Below, piece after piece: positions 39,690-48,665 of a stretch of DNA of 64,000 nt. The notes under the pieces are model-generated. The model worked only from the letters and a program-made list of their open reading frames with translations, made no database searches and was not told where the DNA came from. Position 1 is the first letter of the stretch; every line of letters begins with the position of its first letter. The position numbers were made by a program, and so were the translations under genes. Source of the stretch: Armatimonadota bacterium (GTDB lineage Bacteria > Vulcanimicrobiota > JACPDS01 > JBDRKI01); contig JBDRKI010000023.1 in NCBI GenBank assembly GCA_043814095.1, positions 10,392-74,391 on the forward strand. Reading direction: 5' to 3'.

Positions 39690-40592
39690 GTGAAAAGCTA
39701 CCAAATTAAACTTCCGGCCACATCAGCCAATATGGGCGCAGGATTTGACTGCTTATCCGTTGCTCTTTCAAAATATTTAAAATTAAAAGCGTCTTTGTCC
39801 GATAGCTTGAATATTACGGTTGCAGGCAAATACGCAAGAGGCATAGTTAACAGTGAACATAATCTTATATTTAAGGTTTTCAAATCAGTTTACAATAAAT
39901 TAAATCCCGATAAAGATATTCCCAGCCTTACTCTTGTTACGGATAATGATATTCCCGTTGAAAAAGGATTGGGTTCTTCCGCAGCCGCGATAACGGGCGG
40001 GATTATCCTTGCTTATCTTTTTTCCGGGATAAATCCTGAAAAAGATAAAATATTTGCCGAAGCCGTTAATATTGAGGGGCATGCAGATAATGTAGGAGCG
40101 TGCGTCTACGGCGGGATGCGGGTAAACAAAAAAATAAGGGATGACGAATATGTGAGTGTGCCGTTTGGGATTCCGTATAAAATGAGCGCGCATCTTGTAA
40201 TACCGGATTTTTCCATAAACACGAAAAAAGCAAGGAATATACTGCCTTCAAGCTACGGGAGAGAAGAGACTGTAGAGAGTTTAAGTTCATTGGCTTTTGT
40301 CCTTGCATCCCTTAAGGAAGGCAGATGGCATAATTTAAAATACTGCAGGGATTTTATACATGAACCCTACAGACTTGGACTTAATGAAACACTGCACAAT
40401 CTGTTTGATAATTTAAAACAGATAGATAACAGCTGGGTGTTTTTAAGCGGATCGGGCTCAACGATAGTTGTGATGGAAAAAGAATCAGAGCCTCTTAATG
40501 CTGAAAAGATAAAACAGATTATTTCCTCACAGGATCTTTCCTGCGAGTATGAAAAGATAGAAATTGCCACGGAAGGTGCCGTATGGAGTTAA
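39690..40592 (+). CDS. thrB: Homoserine kinase
   Basis: PATSANMGAGFD, GLGSSAA, EGHADN, SGSGST. Confidence 0.94.
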   Translation: MKSYQIKLPATSANMGAGFDCLSVALSKYLKLKASLSDSLNITVAGKYARGIVNSEHNLIFKVFKSVYNKLNPDKDIPSLTLVTDNDIPVEKGLGSSAAAITGGIILAYLFSGINPEKDKIFAEAVNIEGHADNVGACVYGGMRVNKKIRDDEYVSVPFGIPYKMSAHLVIPDFSINTKKARNILPSSYGREETVESLSSLAFVLASLKEGRWHNLKYCRDFIHEPYRLGLNETLHNLFDNLKQIDNSWVFLSGSGSTIVVMEKESEPLNAEKIKQIISSQDLSCEYEKIEIATEGAVWS

Positions 40593-41806
40593 TAGTCCAG
40601 AAATACGGCGGCACATCTGTCGCTACCGCCGACCTTATAATGAGTGTCGCAAAGCGCATAAAAAAGATAAAGAAAGAAAAGAAAGCCGATATAGCCGTTG
40701 TTGTCTCAGCCATGGGAAAGACAACCGATGAGCTTGTCTCCCGCGCGAAAAAGATAAATGAAAATCCGAGCATGCGCGAGATGGATATGCTTCTCTCCTG
40801 CGGTGAGACAATGTCAATTGCCCTTCTTACAATGGCGCTTCATAAAATCGGGGTGGATGCCATATCCCTTACGGGCGCGCAGGTCGGGATAGTTACCGAC
40901 ACACGTCATACCGAAGCAAAGATTATACATATAGACACAAGCAGAATAAAGAAGCATCTTAAAGAGGGAAAGGTTGTTATAGTAGCGGGCTTTCAGGGTG
41001 TAAGCCAGGAGAATGAGATAACAACGCTTGGCAGGGGCGGTTCGGATACTTCCGCAGTTGCTCTGGCCGCGGCGCTTTCTGCTGATGTATGCGAGATACT
41101 TACCGATGTTGACGGGGTTTATTCCGCTGATCCCAATACGGTTACAGAGGCAAGAAAGATTAAAAGATGCAGTTATGACGCTGTTCTTGAGATGGCATTT
41201 ATGGGGGCGAAAGTACTTCATCCGCGCTCTGTTGAGATCGCCAGAAAGCATAAACTGCCGCTCCATGTAAGGTCAAGTTTTAACGATGAAGAAGGAACAA
41301 TTATTGAGGAGATAAAGGATATGGATATTGAGAAAAACATAGTAAGAGGAATCGCTCACAATAAAAATATCGTGAAAGTTTCAATTGTAGGGGTGCCGGA
41401 CCAGCCCGGTGTGGCCGCAAAAATATTTAAAGGGCTTGACGAAAAAAATATACGCATAGGCCTTATAGTACAGGCGCCCAGCCATGACAATAGAACGGAT
41501 ATAACATTTGTCGCCAATTCCAAGGACATTGATATTGTTAAAGAAACGGTTGATTTAATAGTGGAAAAAATAGGGGCAAAGGAAGCCGTATATAATGAAG
41601 ATGTAGCGACAATATCAATAGTATGGGAAGGAATTTCCGGTTCCAGCCAGATATCAGCGAAAATATTTGAAGTCCTGGCAAAAAAGAAAATAAATATAGA
41701 TGTTATAAGCACATCTACTATAACAATAACATGCATAATTGAAAAAGATAAGCTAAAAGAAGCGGTAAAAGCGCTTCATGAAGAATTAATAGAGAAAGAA
41801 CTGTAA
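40583..41806 (+). CDS. lysC: Aspartate kinase (alpha/beta type)
   Basis: VQKYGGTSV, VVSAMG, TTLGRGGSD, TDVDGVY; two ACT domains. Confidence 0.95.
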   Translation: MELIVQKYGGTSVATADLIMSVAKRIKKIKKEKKADIAVVVSAMGKTTDELVSRAKKINENPSMREMDMLLSCGETMSIALLTMALHKIGVDAISLTGAQVGIVTDTRHTEAKIIHIDTSRIKKHLKEGKVVIVAGFQGVSQENEITTLGRGGSDTSAVALAAALSADVCEILTDVDGVYSADPNTVTEARKIKRCSYDAVLEMAFMGAKVLHPRSVEIARKHKLPLHVRSSFNDEEGTIIEEIKDMDIEKNIVRGIAHNKNIVKVSIVGVPDQPGVAAKIFKGLDEKNIRIGLIVQAPSHDNRTDITFVANSKDIDIVKETVDLIVEKIGAKEAVYNEDVATISIVWEGISGSSQISAKIFEVLAKKKINIDVISTSTITITCIIEKDKLKEAVKALHEELIEKEL

Positions 41807-41823
41807 TAATAAGGAGCTTTATT

Positions 41824-42864
41824 ATGTCAGACAAGATTTCAGTCGGTGTATTGGGAGCTACCGGTACAGTAGGGCAGATGTTTATAAATTTATTAAGAGA
41901 CCACCCGTGGTTTGAGGTAAAAGAGATTGCGGCATCAGACAGGTCAAGAGGTTCGGTTTACTCCGCCCTTATGAATGACCGATGGAAGATGACAAGTCTT
42001 ATTCCTGCGGGTATAGAAGGAATGATTGTAAAGGGATGTGATGATGACCTCTCCTCAAAGATTCTTTTTTCAGGGCTTGATTCATCGGTTGCCGGCGAGA
42101 TTGAGGAGTTTTACGCGCAGAAAGGGCATATTGTTATAAGCAACTCAAGAAACCACAGGATGGGGGAACATGTTCCGCTTCTTGTGCCGGAAGTAAACCA
42201 TGACCATACCGGACTTTTAAAATACCAGAACCGCAGGGGAAAGATAGTTACAAACCCCAACTGTTCCACAGTGGGTATGGTGCTTGCTCTTGCCCCAATA
42301 GAGAAGAAATTCGGGATTGATAAGATAATCGTTACAACAATGCAGGCATTAAGCGGGGCGGGTTACCCGGGCGTGCCTTCAATGGATATATTAGATAACC
42401 TTATCCCTTATATATCTGGTGAAGAGCCGAAGATGGAGACCGAAACATTGAAGCTTTTCGGCAAACTGGAAGACGGTAAAATTAAATTCGCGGATATTAA
42501 GATAAGCGCTTCATGCAACAGGGTTGCCATTACGGACGGCCATACCGAGTGTATATCTTTTTCACTGAAAAATAAGGCGTCTATAGAGGATTTGAAAAAT
42601 GAGATAAAACAGTTTAATCCTTTAAAAGACATGAAGCTTCCGTCTGCGCCCAATCCACCTGTTATAATAACGGAACAGGAGAACAGGCCCCAGCCCAGGT
42701 ATGACAGGAACCGCTCAAACGGCATGTCAGCTGTTATGGGCAGGTTAAGGGAATGTCCTGTTCTTGGTTATAAAATGACGATACTTTCACATAATACGAT
42801 AAGGGGAGCGGCAGGTTGCGCGATACTGAACGCCGAGCTTTTAAAAGCAAAAGGATTGATATAA
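41824..42864 (+). CDS. asd: Aspartate-semialdehyde dehydrogenase (archaeal/eukaryote-like subtype)
   Basis: GATGTVGQ, HPWFE, NPNCST, QALSGAGYPG, HNTIRGAAG. Confidence 0.95.
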   Translation: MSDKISVGVLGATGTVGQMFINLLRDHPWFEVKEIAASDRSRGSVYSALMNDRWKMTSLIPAGIEGMIVKGCDDDLSSKILFSGLDSSVAGEIEEFYAQKGHIVISNSRNHRMGEHVPLLVPEVNHDHTGLLKYQNRRGKIVTNPNCSTVGMVLALAPIEKKFGIDKIIVTTMQALSGAGYPGVPSMDILDNLIPYISGEEPKMETETLKLFGKLEDGKIKFADIKISASCNRVAITDGHTECISFSLKNKASIEDLKNEIKQFNPLKDMKLPSAPNPPVIITEQENRPQPRYDRNRSNGMSAVMGRLRECPVLGYKMTILSHNTIRGAAGCAILNAELLKAKGLI

Positions 42865-42925
42865 ATATACATTTTTTTAAAAATACGCTATAATATAAAT
42901 ATCCAACTTTTTTAATGAGGTGTTT

Positions 42926-43378
42926 ATGAGTATAAGATATGTAGCTTATGACCTTCCGTTTTCAAAAACCGAGAGCTTGTATAAAGAAAAATCCATTATT
43001 TTTAACCATAAGGAAGGCTTTAATTCTGAAGGGGTTAAAATATTTTATAAAAACGGGGAGCCTGACAAGATAGTATACTGGAGCGAAAGAATAATGGAAG
43101 GCGATTATGAAGCCATTAAATATAAATTCAGGTATTATCCTAAAAAGTCCGATGAGAAGTGTCTTGAAGAAGATATAATCTCTCTCGGCGGTGAATATAA
43201 ATATAAAGGCAGTATCCCCATGACAGAGCATAATAAAGAAGGATTTATAGAGCATCTTAAAACAGCCCGTAAGCGGCTGGTTGATAAAAACGGGAAACAC
43301 CTGCATATGAAAGCATTAAAGGATGCCATTGAAAGAATAACTTCAGTAAAATGCGCCGAGTACGCTGACAGGAATTAG
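42926..43378 (+). CDS. Hypothetical protein
   Basis: ORF with RBS GAGGTG; no recognised motif. Confidence 0.55.
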   Translation: MSIRYVAYDLPFSKTESLYKEKSIIFNHKEGFNSEGVKIFYKNGEPDKIVYWSERIMEGDYEAIKYKFRYYPKKSDEKCLEEDIISLGGEYKYKGSIPMTEHNKEGFIEHLKTARKRLVDKNGKHLHMKALKDAIERITSVKCAEYADRN

Positions 43379-43428
43379 GGAATTTTAAATTAAAATGACC
43401 TATACCAGAGTATAATTATTAAAGCAGG

Positions 43429-44050
43429 TTGACACTCTCCTGAATAAATTCAAGGAGATTCTCAGGCTACGCTTGCGGCAGTCCGCTGCGTTAGCGCCCG
43501 AAGGTTCTGCCCGAACCTAAGAATATTTATTGCGGCATTTAAGTCTCTGTCTAATTCTATTCCGCAGAAAGAACAATGATGCACGCGCACTGACAAGTCC
43601 TTGGATACATTCTTTCCGCAATTTGAGCATTTTTGACTTGTACCATGAGGATTTACTTTAATTACTATTCTACCAGCCTCTTCCGCTTTATAGCATAGCA
43701 AATTAAAAAACATACCCCATGAGCAATCAGCAATAGACTTACTCAAATGCCTGTTTCTAACCATACCTTTGATATTCAGATTTTCTATAGCAAGAATTTC
43801 CACATCAATTTCTTTGGCTTTTTCTTCCACAATCTGTCTTAATCTGTTTTTAACTTTGCCGGTTAAAACAGGCTTTCTCCTTTTAGGACACCATATCAAA
43901 TGATAGTTGAGAAGATAGATATGGTGGCCGAGCCTGTTTGTATTTCATGTTGACATTATATCATATATCAACGAATTAATCTATCGAATAGAAAAACAAG
44001 GGAGCCATTCATCCCCTGTTTAAAAACAGAAGCTTTCTGGCTAGTATTTT
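43429..44050 (-). mobile_element. Internally deleted IS200/IS605 element with in-frame tnpA::tnpB fusion
   Basis: Left end AGCCAGAAAGCTTCTGTTTTTAAACAGGGGATGAATGGC; TnpA N-terminus YHLIWCPKRRK fused at AIE to TnpB C-terminus (TSQKCSNCG, CSFCG, DRDLNAAINI); right-end hairpin ending TGTCAA. Confidence 0.88.
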
Positions 44051-44087
44051 GTAAAAAGCTCACCTCTCGGCGGCAGATGAGGTTATC

Positions 44088-44432
44088 TTATTTTTCCAGA
44101 TCCATTAATATTTTTTCGAAAATAGATTTTAATCGCGGGATTTCTTTTTTGATTGTTTCCCATACAATGTTTAATTTAACCCCAAAATATTCATGAATAA
44201 GCTTGTCTCTCATGCCTGTCATATCTTTCCATGGTACTTCGGGATATTTTTTCTTTATATCTTCTGGAATTTTTTTTACAGCTTCACCTATAATCTCAAG
44301 TGCTCTTACGGCGGCAAATGAAGTTTTATCATCTTTTGCAAACTGTTCGTCGGTCATGCCCTCGGTAAAATTTACTGCATTATCAATGGCATTGATAATA
44401 TCCTCAATATAATCCCCTACTTCTCTTTTCAT
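44088..44432 (-). CDS. HepT-like HEPN RNase toxin (DUF86)
   Basis: RALEIIGEA, PEVPW, RDKLIHEY (Rx4HxY). Confidence 0.92.
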   Translation of the reverse strand: MKREVGDYIEDIINAIDNAVNFTEGMTDEQFAKDDKTSFAAVRALEIIGEAVKKIPEDIKKKYPEVPWKDMTGMRDKLIHEYFGVKLNIVWETIKKEIPRLKSIFEKILMDLEK

Positions 44433-44728
44433 AACGGCACAACCTCATTTAATATATGTCTGCCTATTCTTGGCTTTAATGATGATTTTTCCACAAGATC
44501 AACTTTTACACCCAAAAGTTCGCTTAAATAATTTTCCATATTTACAAATTTTAAAAGTCCTATTAAAGCATTCTTTTCAAATTCCACAAGTATGTCCAAA
44601 TCGCTTTTTATATTGTTTTCCCCTCTTAAATATGAGCCAAAAATACCGATTTCTTTTATGCCGTACTTTTTTTTCAATTTTTCCTTATGATTGTTCAATA
44701 TCCGTTTTATTTCGTCCAGAGTTTTCAT
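44429..44728 (-). CDS. MntA-like minimal nucleotidyltransferase antitoxin
   Basis: IFGSYLRGENNIKSDLD, KVDLV; ATGA overlap with the HEPN gene. Confidence 0.92.
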   Translation of the reverse strand: MKTLDEIKRILNNHKEKLKKKYGIKEIGIFGSYLRGENNIKSDLDILVEFEKNALIGLLKFVNMENYLSELLGVKVDLVEKSSLKPRIGRHILNEVVPL

Positions 44729-44757
44729 CTCAAATTATGCCCTCCACTAGATCAAAG

Positions 44758-44805
44758 AATCGCTTTAATTAAAGCGATTATATCAAAAATATACTGCTAA
44801 GTCAA
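44758..44805 (-). promoter_or_regulatory. Sigma70 promoter with perfect 22-bp palindrome
   Basis: Minus strand TTGACT-17nt-TATAAT; AATCGCTTTAATTAAAGCGATT at 44758-44779. Confidence 0.75.
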
Positions 44806-44826
44806 AATAATATATATTTTTGTTAA

Positions 44827-44919
44827 ATACGAAAATCAGGAAGCGGCAATATAGGCGCCATTAATGCCGTGAGAGCCTTAGGATTTGTCCCGGGGGTAAC
44901 TGTCCTTATGGCAGATATT
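44827..44919 (+). pseudogene. plsY: Fragment of glycerol-3-phosphate acyltransferase PlsY
   Basis: Translates to IRKSGSGNIGAINAVRALGFVPGVTVLMADI, matching PlsY motif 1 (GSGNxGxxN..R.LG). Confidence 0.7.
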
Positions 44920-45027
44920 GTGACATACTCACGGGGTTAAAACTCCATGCATCTTTGGTTTTCAGATGCTAGAGCTTCCTGCTTCAACGATACTTGACTC
45001 GTAGACCATTACCCCTCAAGGGGGTAA
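44920..45027 (-). mobile_element. Orphan IS605/TnpB right end (omegaRNA 3' scaffold remnant)
   Basis: Minus strand TCGTTGAAGCAGGAAGC...GATGCATGGAGTTTTAACCCCGTGAGTATGTCAC resembles tnpB 3'/right-end sequences. Confidence 0.65.
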
Positions 45028-45029
45028 AA

Positions 45030-45069
45030 TGTTAACAAATTGTTAACATATTTGTAACATTTTTGTAAC
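45030..45069. promoter_or_regulatory. Four TGTWAH direct repeats (OmpR/PhoB/WalR-type boxes)
   Basis: TGTTAA-N5-TGTTAA-N6-TGTAAC-N5-TGTAAC. Confidence 0.55.
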
Positions 45070-45169
45070 ATTTTTATATTTACTTATAGTCATATATCCC
45101 CTATAATGATTATAGATATGAAATAGGCGTTTTTTTCCTATTTGTATTGATTTCTTTACAGAGGTTATT

Positions 45170-45718
45170 ATGCGCGGACCTGATTTAACAAACTTAAGAT
45201 CAACATTAAACAGAATAAACCAGATCCAGAGCATGTTTGACGCGGAAAAAAGCACCCAGTCAAATGATGTTTCATTTGACGCTATGCTCCAGGGCGCATT
45301 AAACAAAAGCACGGGTGGAAGCTTCGCGGCGAACCAGCTGCTTAATAATCTGTCATATATAAACCACTTAAATAACCAGACCCTTGTAGACTTATCGGAT
45401 CCCAAGAAAATGATTAAATACAAAAATTATGAGATGCAGGCAAAAACAGCAGCAAGATTCCAGAAGCTTGAATACCTTGTATCAAAACATTTCCCAGGAA
45501 AAGAAGTTATAATAACTTCAACAACTGACGGTATGCATCTTGATCAGAATCACTACACCGGCGAAGCTGTTGACTTTGTGGTTGACGGCATAACAAGAGA
45601 AGAATCAAGACAGCTTGAGGAATTATGCAGACAAGCCGGTTTTAAGCCGTACAACGAATACCTGTACGGTTCAAGATACAAGCCGGGCGATCATATGCAT
45701 ATAGATTATGTAGATTAA
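45170..45718 (+). CDS. Putative Zn peptidase (M15/Hedgehog-like fold)
   Basis: ITSTTDG, HYTGEAVD (Hx6D), DHMHID (HxH); RBS GAGGT. Confidence 0.65.
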   Translation: MRGPDLTNLRSTLNRINQIQSMFDAEKSTQSNDVSFDAMLQGALNKSTGGSFAANQLLNNLSYINHLNNQTLVDLSDPKKMIKYKNYEMQAKTAARFQKLEYLVSKHFPGKEVIITSTTDGMHLDQNHYTGEAVDFVVDGITREESRQLEELCRQAGFKPYNEYLYGSRYKPGDHMHIDYVD

Positions 45719-45742
45719 GAAAAACAAATATATTTAAAAATT

Positions 45743-45780
45743 AAAAAAAGACTGTTCGTTTTGAACAGTCTTTTTTTTTT
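45743..45780. terminator. Intrinsic terminator, target of group IIC intron insertion
   Basis: AAAAAAAGACTGTTC-loop-GAACAGTCTTTTTTTTTT. Confidence 0.92.
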
Positions 45781-45783
45781 ACA

Positions 45784-46137
45784 GTGCGCCCGGCAGGGCG
45801 CAATTACCTGAAGGTGAGAGTCCTTTTCAGGCCAGATGCGGGGAACTGCTAGTTAAACGTCAAGGGTGTCCACAGACAAAGCGCTGGCCTGACGAACAGA
45901 AATCACAAAATAGGCGTACATGCTGGATGAGAAGGCTGTTATCTTTAAAGTCCGATACCCATACGAAAAGCATGTGCGTAGATGTGGCGGGCATAAGCGT
46001 GAAGGTGATTGCGCATTACCTGGGGAGGTCCATGAATTTGCCGTAGTGCTATTGCCGTCGAGAGACGGCGAGATGAGTTCAGAGAAGTCAGCAGAGGTCA
46101 TAGTAGGTTGTTCGACCGCAACCGAAGGACTAAATTC
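45784..46137 (+). mobile_element. Group IIC intron 5' fragment (domains I-III, no ORF, no DV/DVI)
   Basis: Starts GTGCGCCCGGC 3 nt after the terminator; GGTGAGAGTCC, CAAGGGTGTCC, TTACCTGGGGAGGTC, GAAGTCAGCAGAGGTCATAGTAG, ACCGAAGGACTAAA. Confidence 0.9.
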
Positions 46138-46366
46138 ATCACGGCTTACCTCCTTTCTTTTTGTTTTATTTAATGGCTTTTTATGCCTTTAAATCTTGAT
46201 TGAGGGAAGTCTCTTTCTCCCTTCCCACCTATATTATACCCCCCCCCCCCCGCGTATACGGATATAGGTCAAAGGGAGTATTTTTGCGCATAAAAAGATA
46301 ATTTTTGAGTGATTTTGCTAAATGACTTTACAAGCGGATGAAACGACAAAAAACAGCTATTTTACA

Positions 46367-48664
46367 TTACGCCAGAGTAACCCTGTTTTTGCCTTCATGC
46401 TTTGACTTATATGTTGAAAGATCAGCTTTGAAAATAAGGTCTACTTTTGAAGAGGCATCATCCGGATATGTTGAGACACCTATGCTGCCGGTAATCTGTA
46501 CCGGGTATTTATTAACATGCTGGAAAAAGCCTTCCCTTATCCTTTCGGCGATCATAGCGGCTTCTTCCTTGCTCTGACCCACAAGCACAAGCGAAAATTC
46601 ATCCCCGCCGTAACGGCAGACAAAATCGCTCTCCCTTGTATAGGTTCTTAACATGACGGCTATCTCAGAAAGAACCTTATCCCCTGCGGGGTGGCCCAGC
46701 GTATCATTAAACTGTTTAAAGTGATCTAAATCAATAAATATTAAAGATACCGGCTTATTATATCTCTGTGACCATTTAAGCGATTCCTCAAGGCGCTCCT
46801 GGAAATACCTGTGGGTATAAAGGCCGGTAATGCCGTCGGTAATCGCTAATGCGGCGATCTTTTCATAAAATTCCGCGTTCTGTATGGCCATTGCCGCCTG
46901 ATATGCAACCGATACAACCAAACCCAGCTGGTCGCCGTTAAATGAATACGGAAGCGTGGCCCCGAAATAAACCGCCCCTATAATCTGATTCTCAACAATT
47001 AAAGGAGCCGCTATTATAGACTGCTCTTCTTCGGTCAGATTTTCAAGAATAGATTCTTTCGCGTCTTCAAGCAGCAGTACTTTTCTGTTTGTATAAATCC
47101 AGCCGAGCAGACCTTTTTTGGGATCTAATTTTGTATCTTTAAAATAATCTTCATGCGGAGATATTATATGTTCGGGGACAAACTTTGCTTGATCTGCTTC
47201 GCCTTCAAGCTTAAATATAACGCAGGTCTGGTAATTAAGCATGCTTTTTGTCGCGTCACCTATAATCTTTAAGGTTTCCTTAAGATGTAATGTCGTGCCC
47301 AGCGTTTTACCGAAATCCGATATCATTGATATTTCCTTAACTTTGATATCCAGCTGTTCATTTATTCTCTGCTGGACTTTAAGGGCTTCTTCCTGGGCTT
47401 CAAATAAAAGCGCTGATTTAATAGCGATAGCCGAAGCTGTCGCAAGATTTGAAACGGATTCCAAATGCTCTGTTGTAAAACTGTTGGGATTTTTAGCTCC
47501 TATGTAAATCACGCCTATAAGCTTGTTCTGGATTATAAGGGGGATGCCCATTATGGATGCTTCGTCTTTAAATATCCTATGTTCTGAAGAGGTATCCATG
47601 TTGCCAACCAGAACCGGTTTGTTTTTATCCGCTACAACTTCCACGACTTTCTCTTCAAGCTTCAAAAGATTGGAAGCCTCAAGCACCTCTTTATAGGGAG
47701 TGGAATATTTATATGGGATGAGCTCCTTTTCTTTATTATACAAATATATAACACAGCTCTGGCAGAATATGAGCCTTCTTATCATATATATAACATTATT
47801 AAGAACGCTTTCCAAGGTGAGGTTGGCGCCCAGAACGTGGCCCAGTTCAAAGAAAATAGAGAGTTCATCTATTTTCTTCTGCAGGGTATTATCAAGACTT
47901 ATATTTGATTCTTTTATCTTATGAAGCTCTGCCTCAAGATAGTTCATTCTTCCCTCAGCCGCTTCCTGACTCTTAACCTCGGCCACATGAACCGATATCC
48001 CCTGCATATACCTTACCGCCAACAGCACGGGTATAATAAACGCGGTAAAATAGGGTCCCTTCATATAAAGCATTGTTGTGGCTACAGCCAGGGGAATAAC
48101 GGCTATGCTTACAAAACCTGCTTTGTTTTTGGCTAAGTTCCAGATCTTCTGCTTGTCGGGAAAATACATTCCTATAAAAATAGCGGGAAGAAGATAATCC
48201 ATCAGCATATACACAACGGCTATCACAATAAGTGAAATTATATTGCCTAAAGACAGAAACGCGGCGCTTGCGTTAGTTATATAATAAATCGTGCCGGTAA
48301 AAATAATTATTAAAAAAGTGTCGGAAAAATCAGCCAGCCTGAACCACGAATTAGAATAATTAACTATTAATGCCCTGAACACCGAATTAATAAGCACGGC
48401 AAGGATGGCCATCTGCGGCCCGAATACAATTAGTACCGTAAAATAAATTACAAAAGCCGGATTAATGCTCCCGAAAAAACCTACGCGGAATGAAGTAATT
48501 TCAAAGGCCAGGGCTATGATAAGTAAAAAAATAAACGATCCCAGCCCGCTTGACGGCGGAGATACGGAACCCAGTATTTTATAAAAAAGCAATACCCCGA
48601 GAATAAGGGCGATAAGAAACTTGATTATTATAAATTTTTTCGCGCCGCCGGAAATTTCTTCCAT
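46367..48664 (-). CDS. Membrane-bound diguanylate cyclase (TM region, two GAF domains, GGDEF)
   Basis: DGITGLY, DLDHFKQFNDTLGHPAGD, I-site RESD, RYGGDEF. Confidence 0.93.
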   Translation of the reverse strand: MEEISGGAKKFIIIKFLIALILGVLLFYKILGSVSPPSSGLGSFIFLLIIALAFEITSFRVGFFGSINPAFVIYFTVLIVFGPQMAILAVLINSVFRALIVNYSNSWFRLADFSDTFLIIIFTGTIYYITNASAAFLSLGNIISLIVIAVVYMLMDYLLPAIFIGMYFPDKQKIWNLAKNKAGFVSIAVIPLAVATTMLYMKGPYFTAFIIPVLLAVRYMQGISVHVAEVKSQEAAEGRMNYLEAELHKIKESNISLDNTLQKKIDELSIFFELGHVLGANLTLESVLNNVIYMIRRLIFCQSCVIYLYNKEKELIPYKYSTPYKEVLEASNLLKLEEKVVEVVADKNKPVLVGNMDTSSEHRIFKDEASIMGIPLIIQNKLIGVIYIGAKNPNSFTTEHLESVSNLATASAIAIKSALLFEAQEEALKVQQRINEQLDIKVKEISMISDFGKTLGTTLHLKETLKIIGDATKSMLNYQTCVIFKLEGEADQAKFVPEHIISPHEDYFKDTKLDPKKGLLGWIYTNRKVLLLEDAKESILENLTEEEQSIIAAPLIVENQIIGAVYFGATLPYSFNGDQLGLVVSVAYQAAMAIQNAEFYEKIAALAITDGITGLYTHRYFQERLEESLKWSQRYNKPVSLIFIDLDHFKQFNDTLGHPAGDKVLSEIAVMLRTYTRESDFVCRYGGDEFSLVLVGQSKEEAAMIAERIREGFFQHVNKYPVQITGSIGVSTYPDDASSKVDLIFKADLSTYKSKHEGKNRVTLA

Positions 48665-48665
48665 A

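Noticed and set aside
43462-43899. Functional compact TnpB/Cas12-like nuclease
   Set aside because: RuvC-I and the N-terminal recognition domains are deleted and the upstream frame is shifted
45853-46192. ORFs 45853-46101 (-) and 45920-46192 (+)
   Set aside because: They overlap structured group II intron RNA and have no protein motifs
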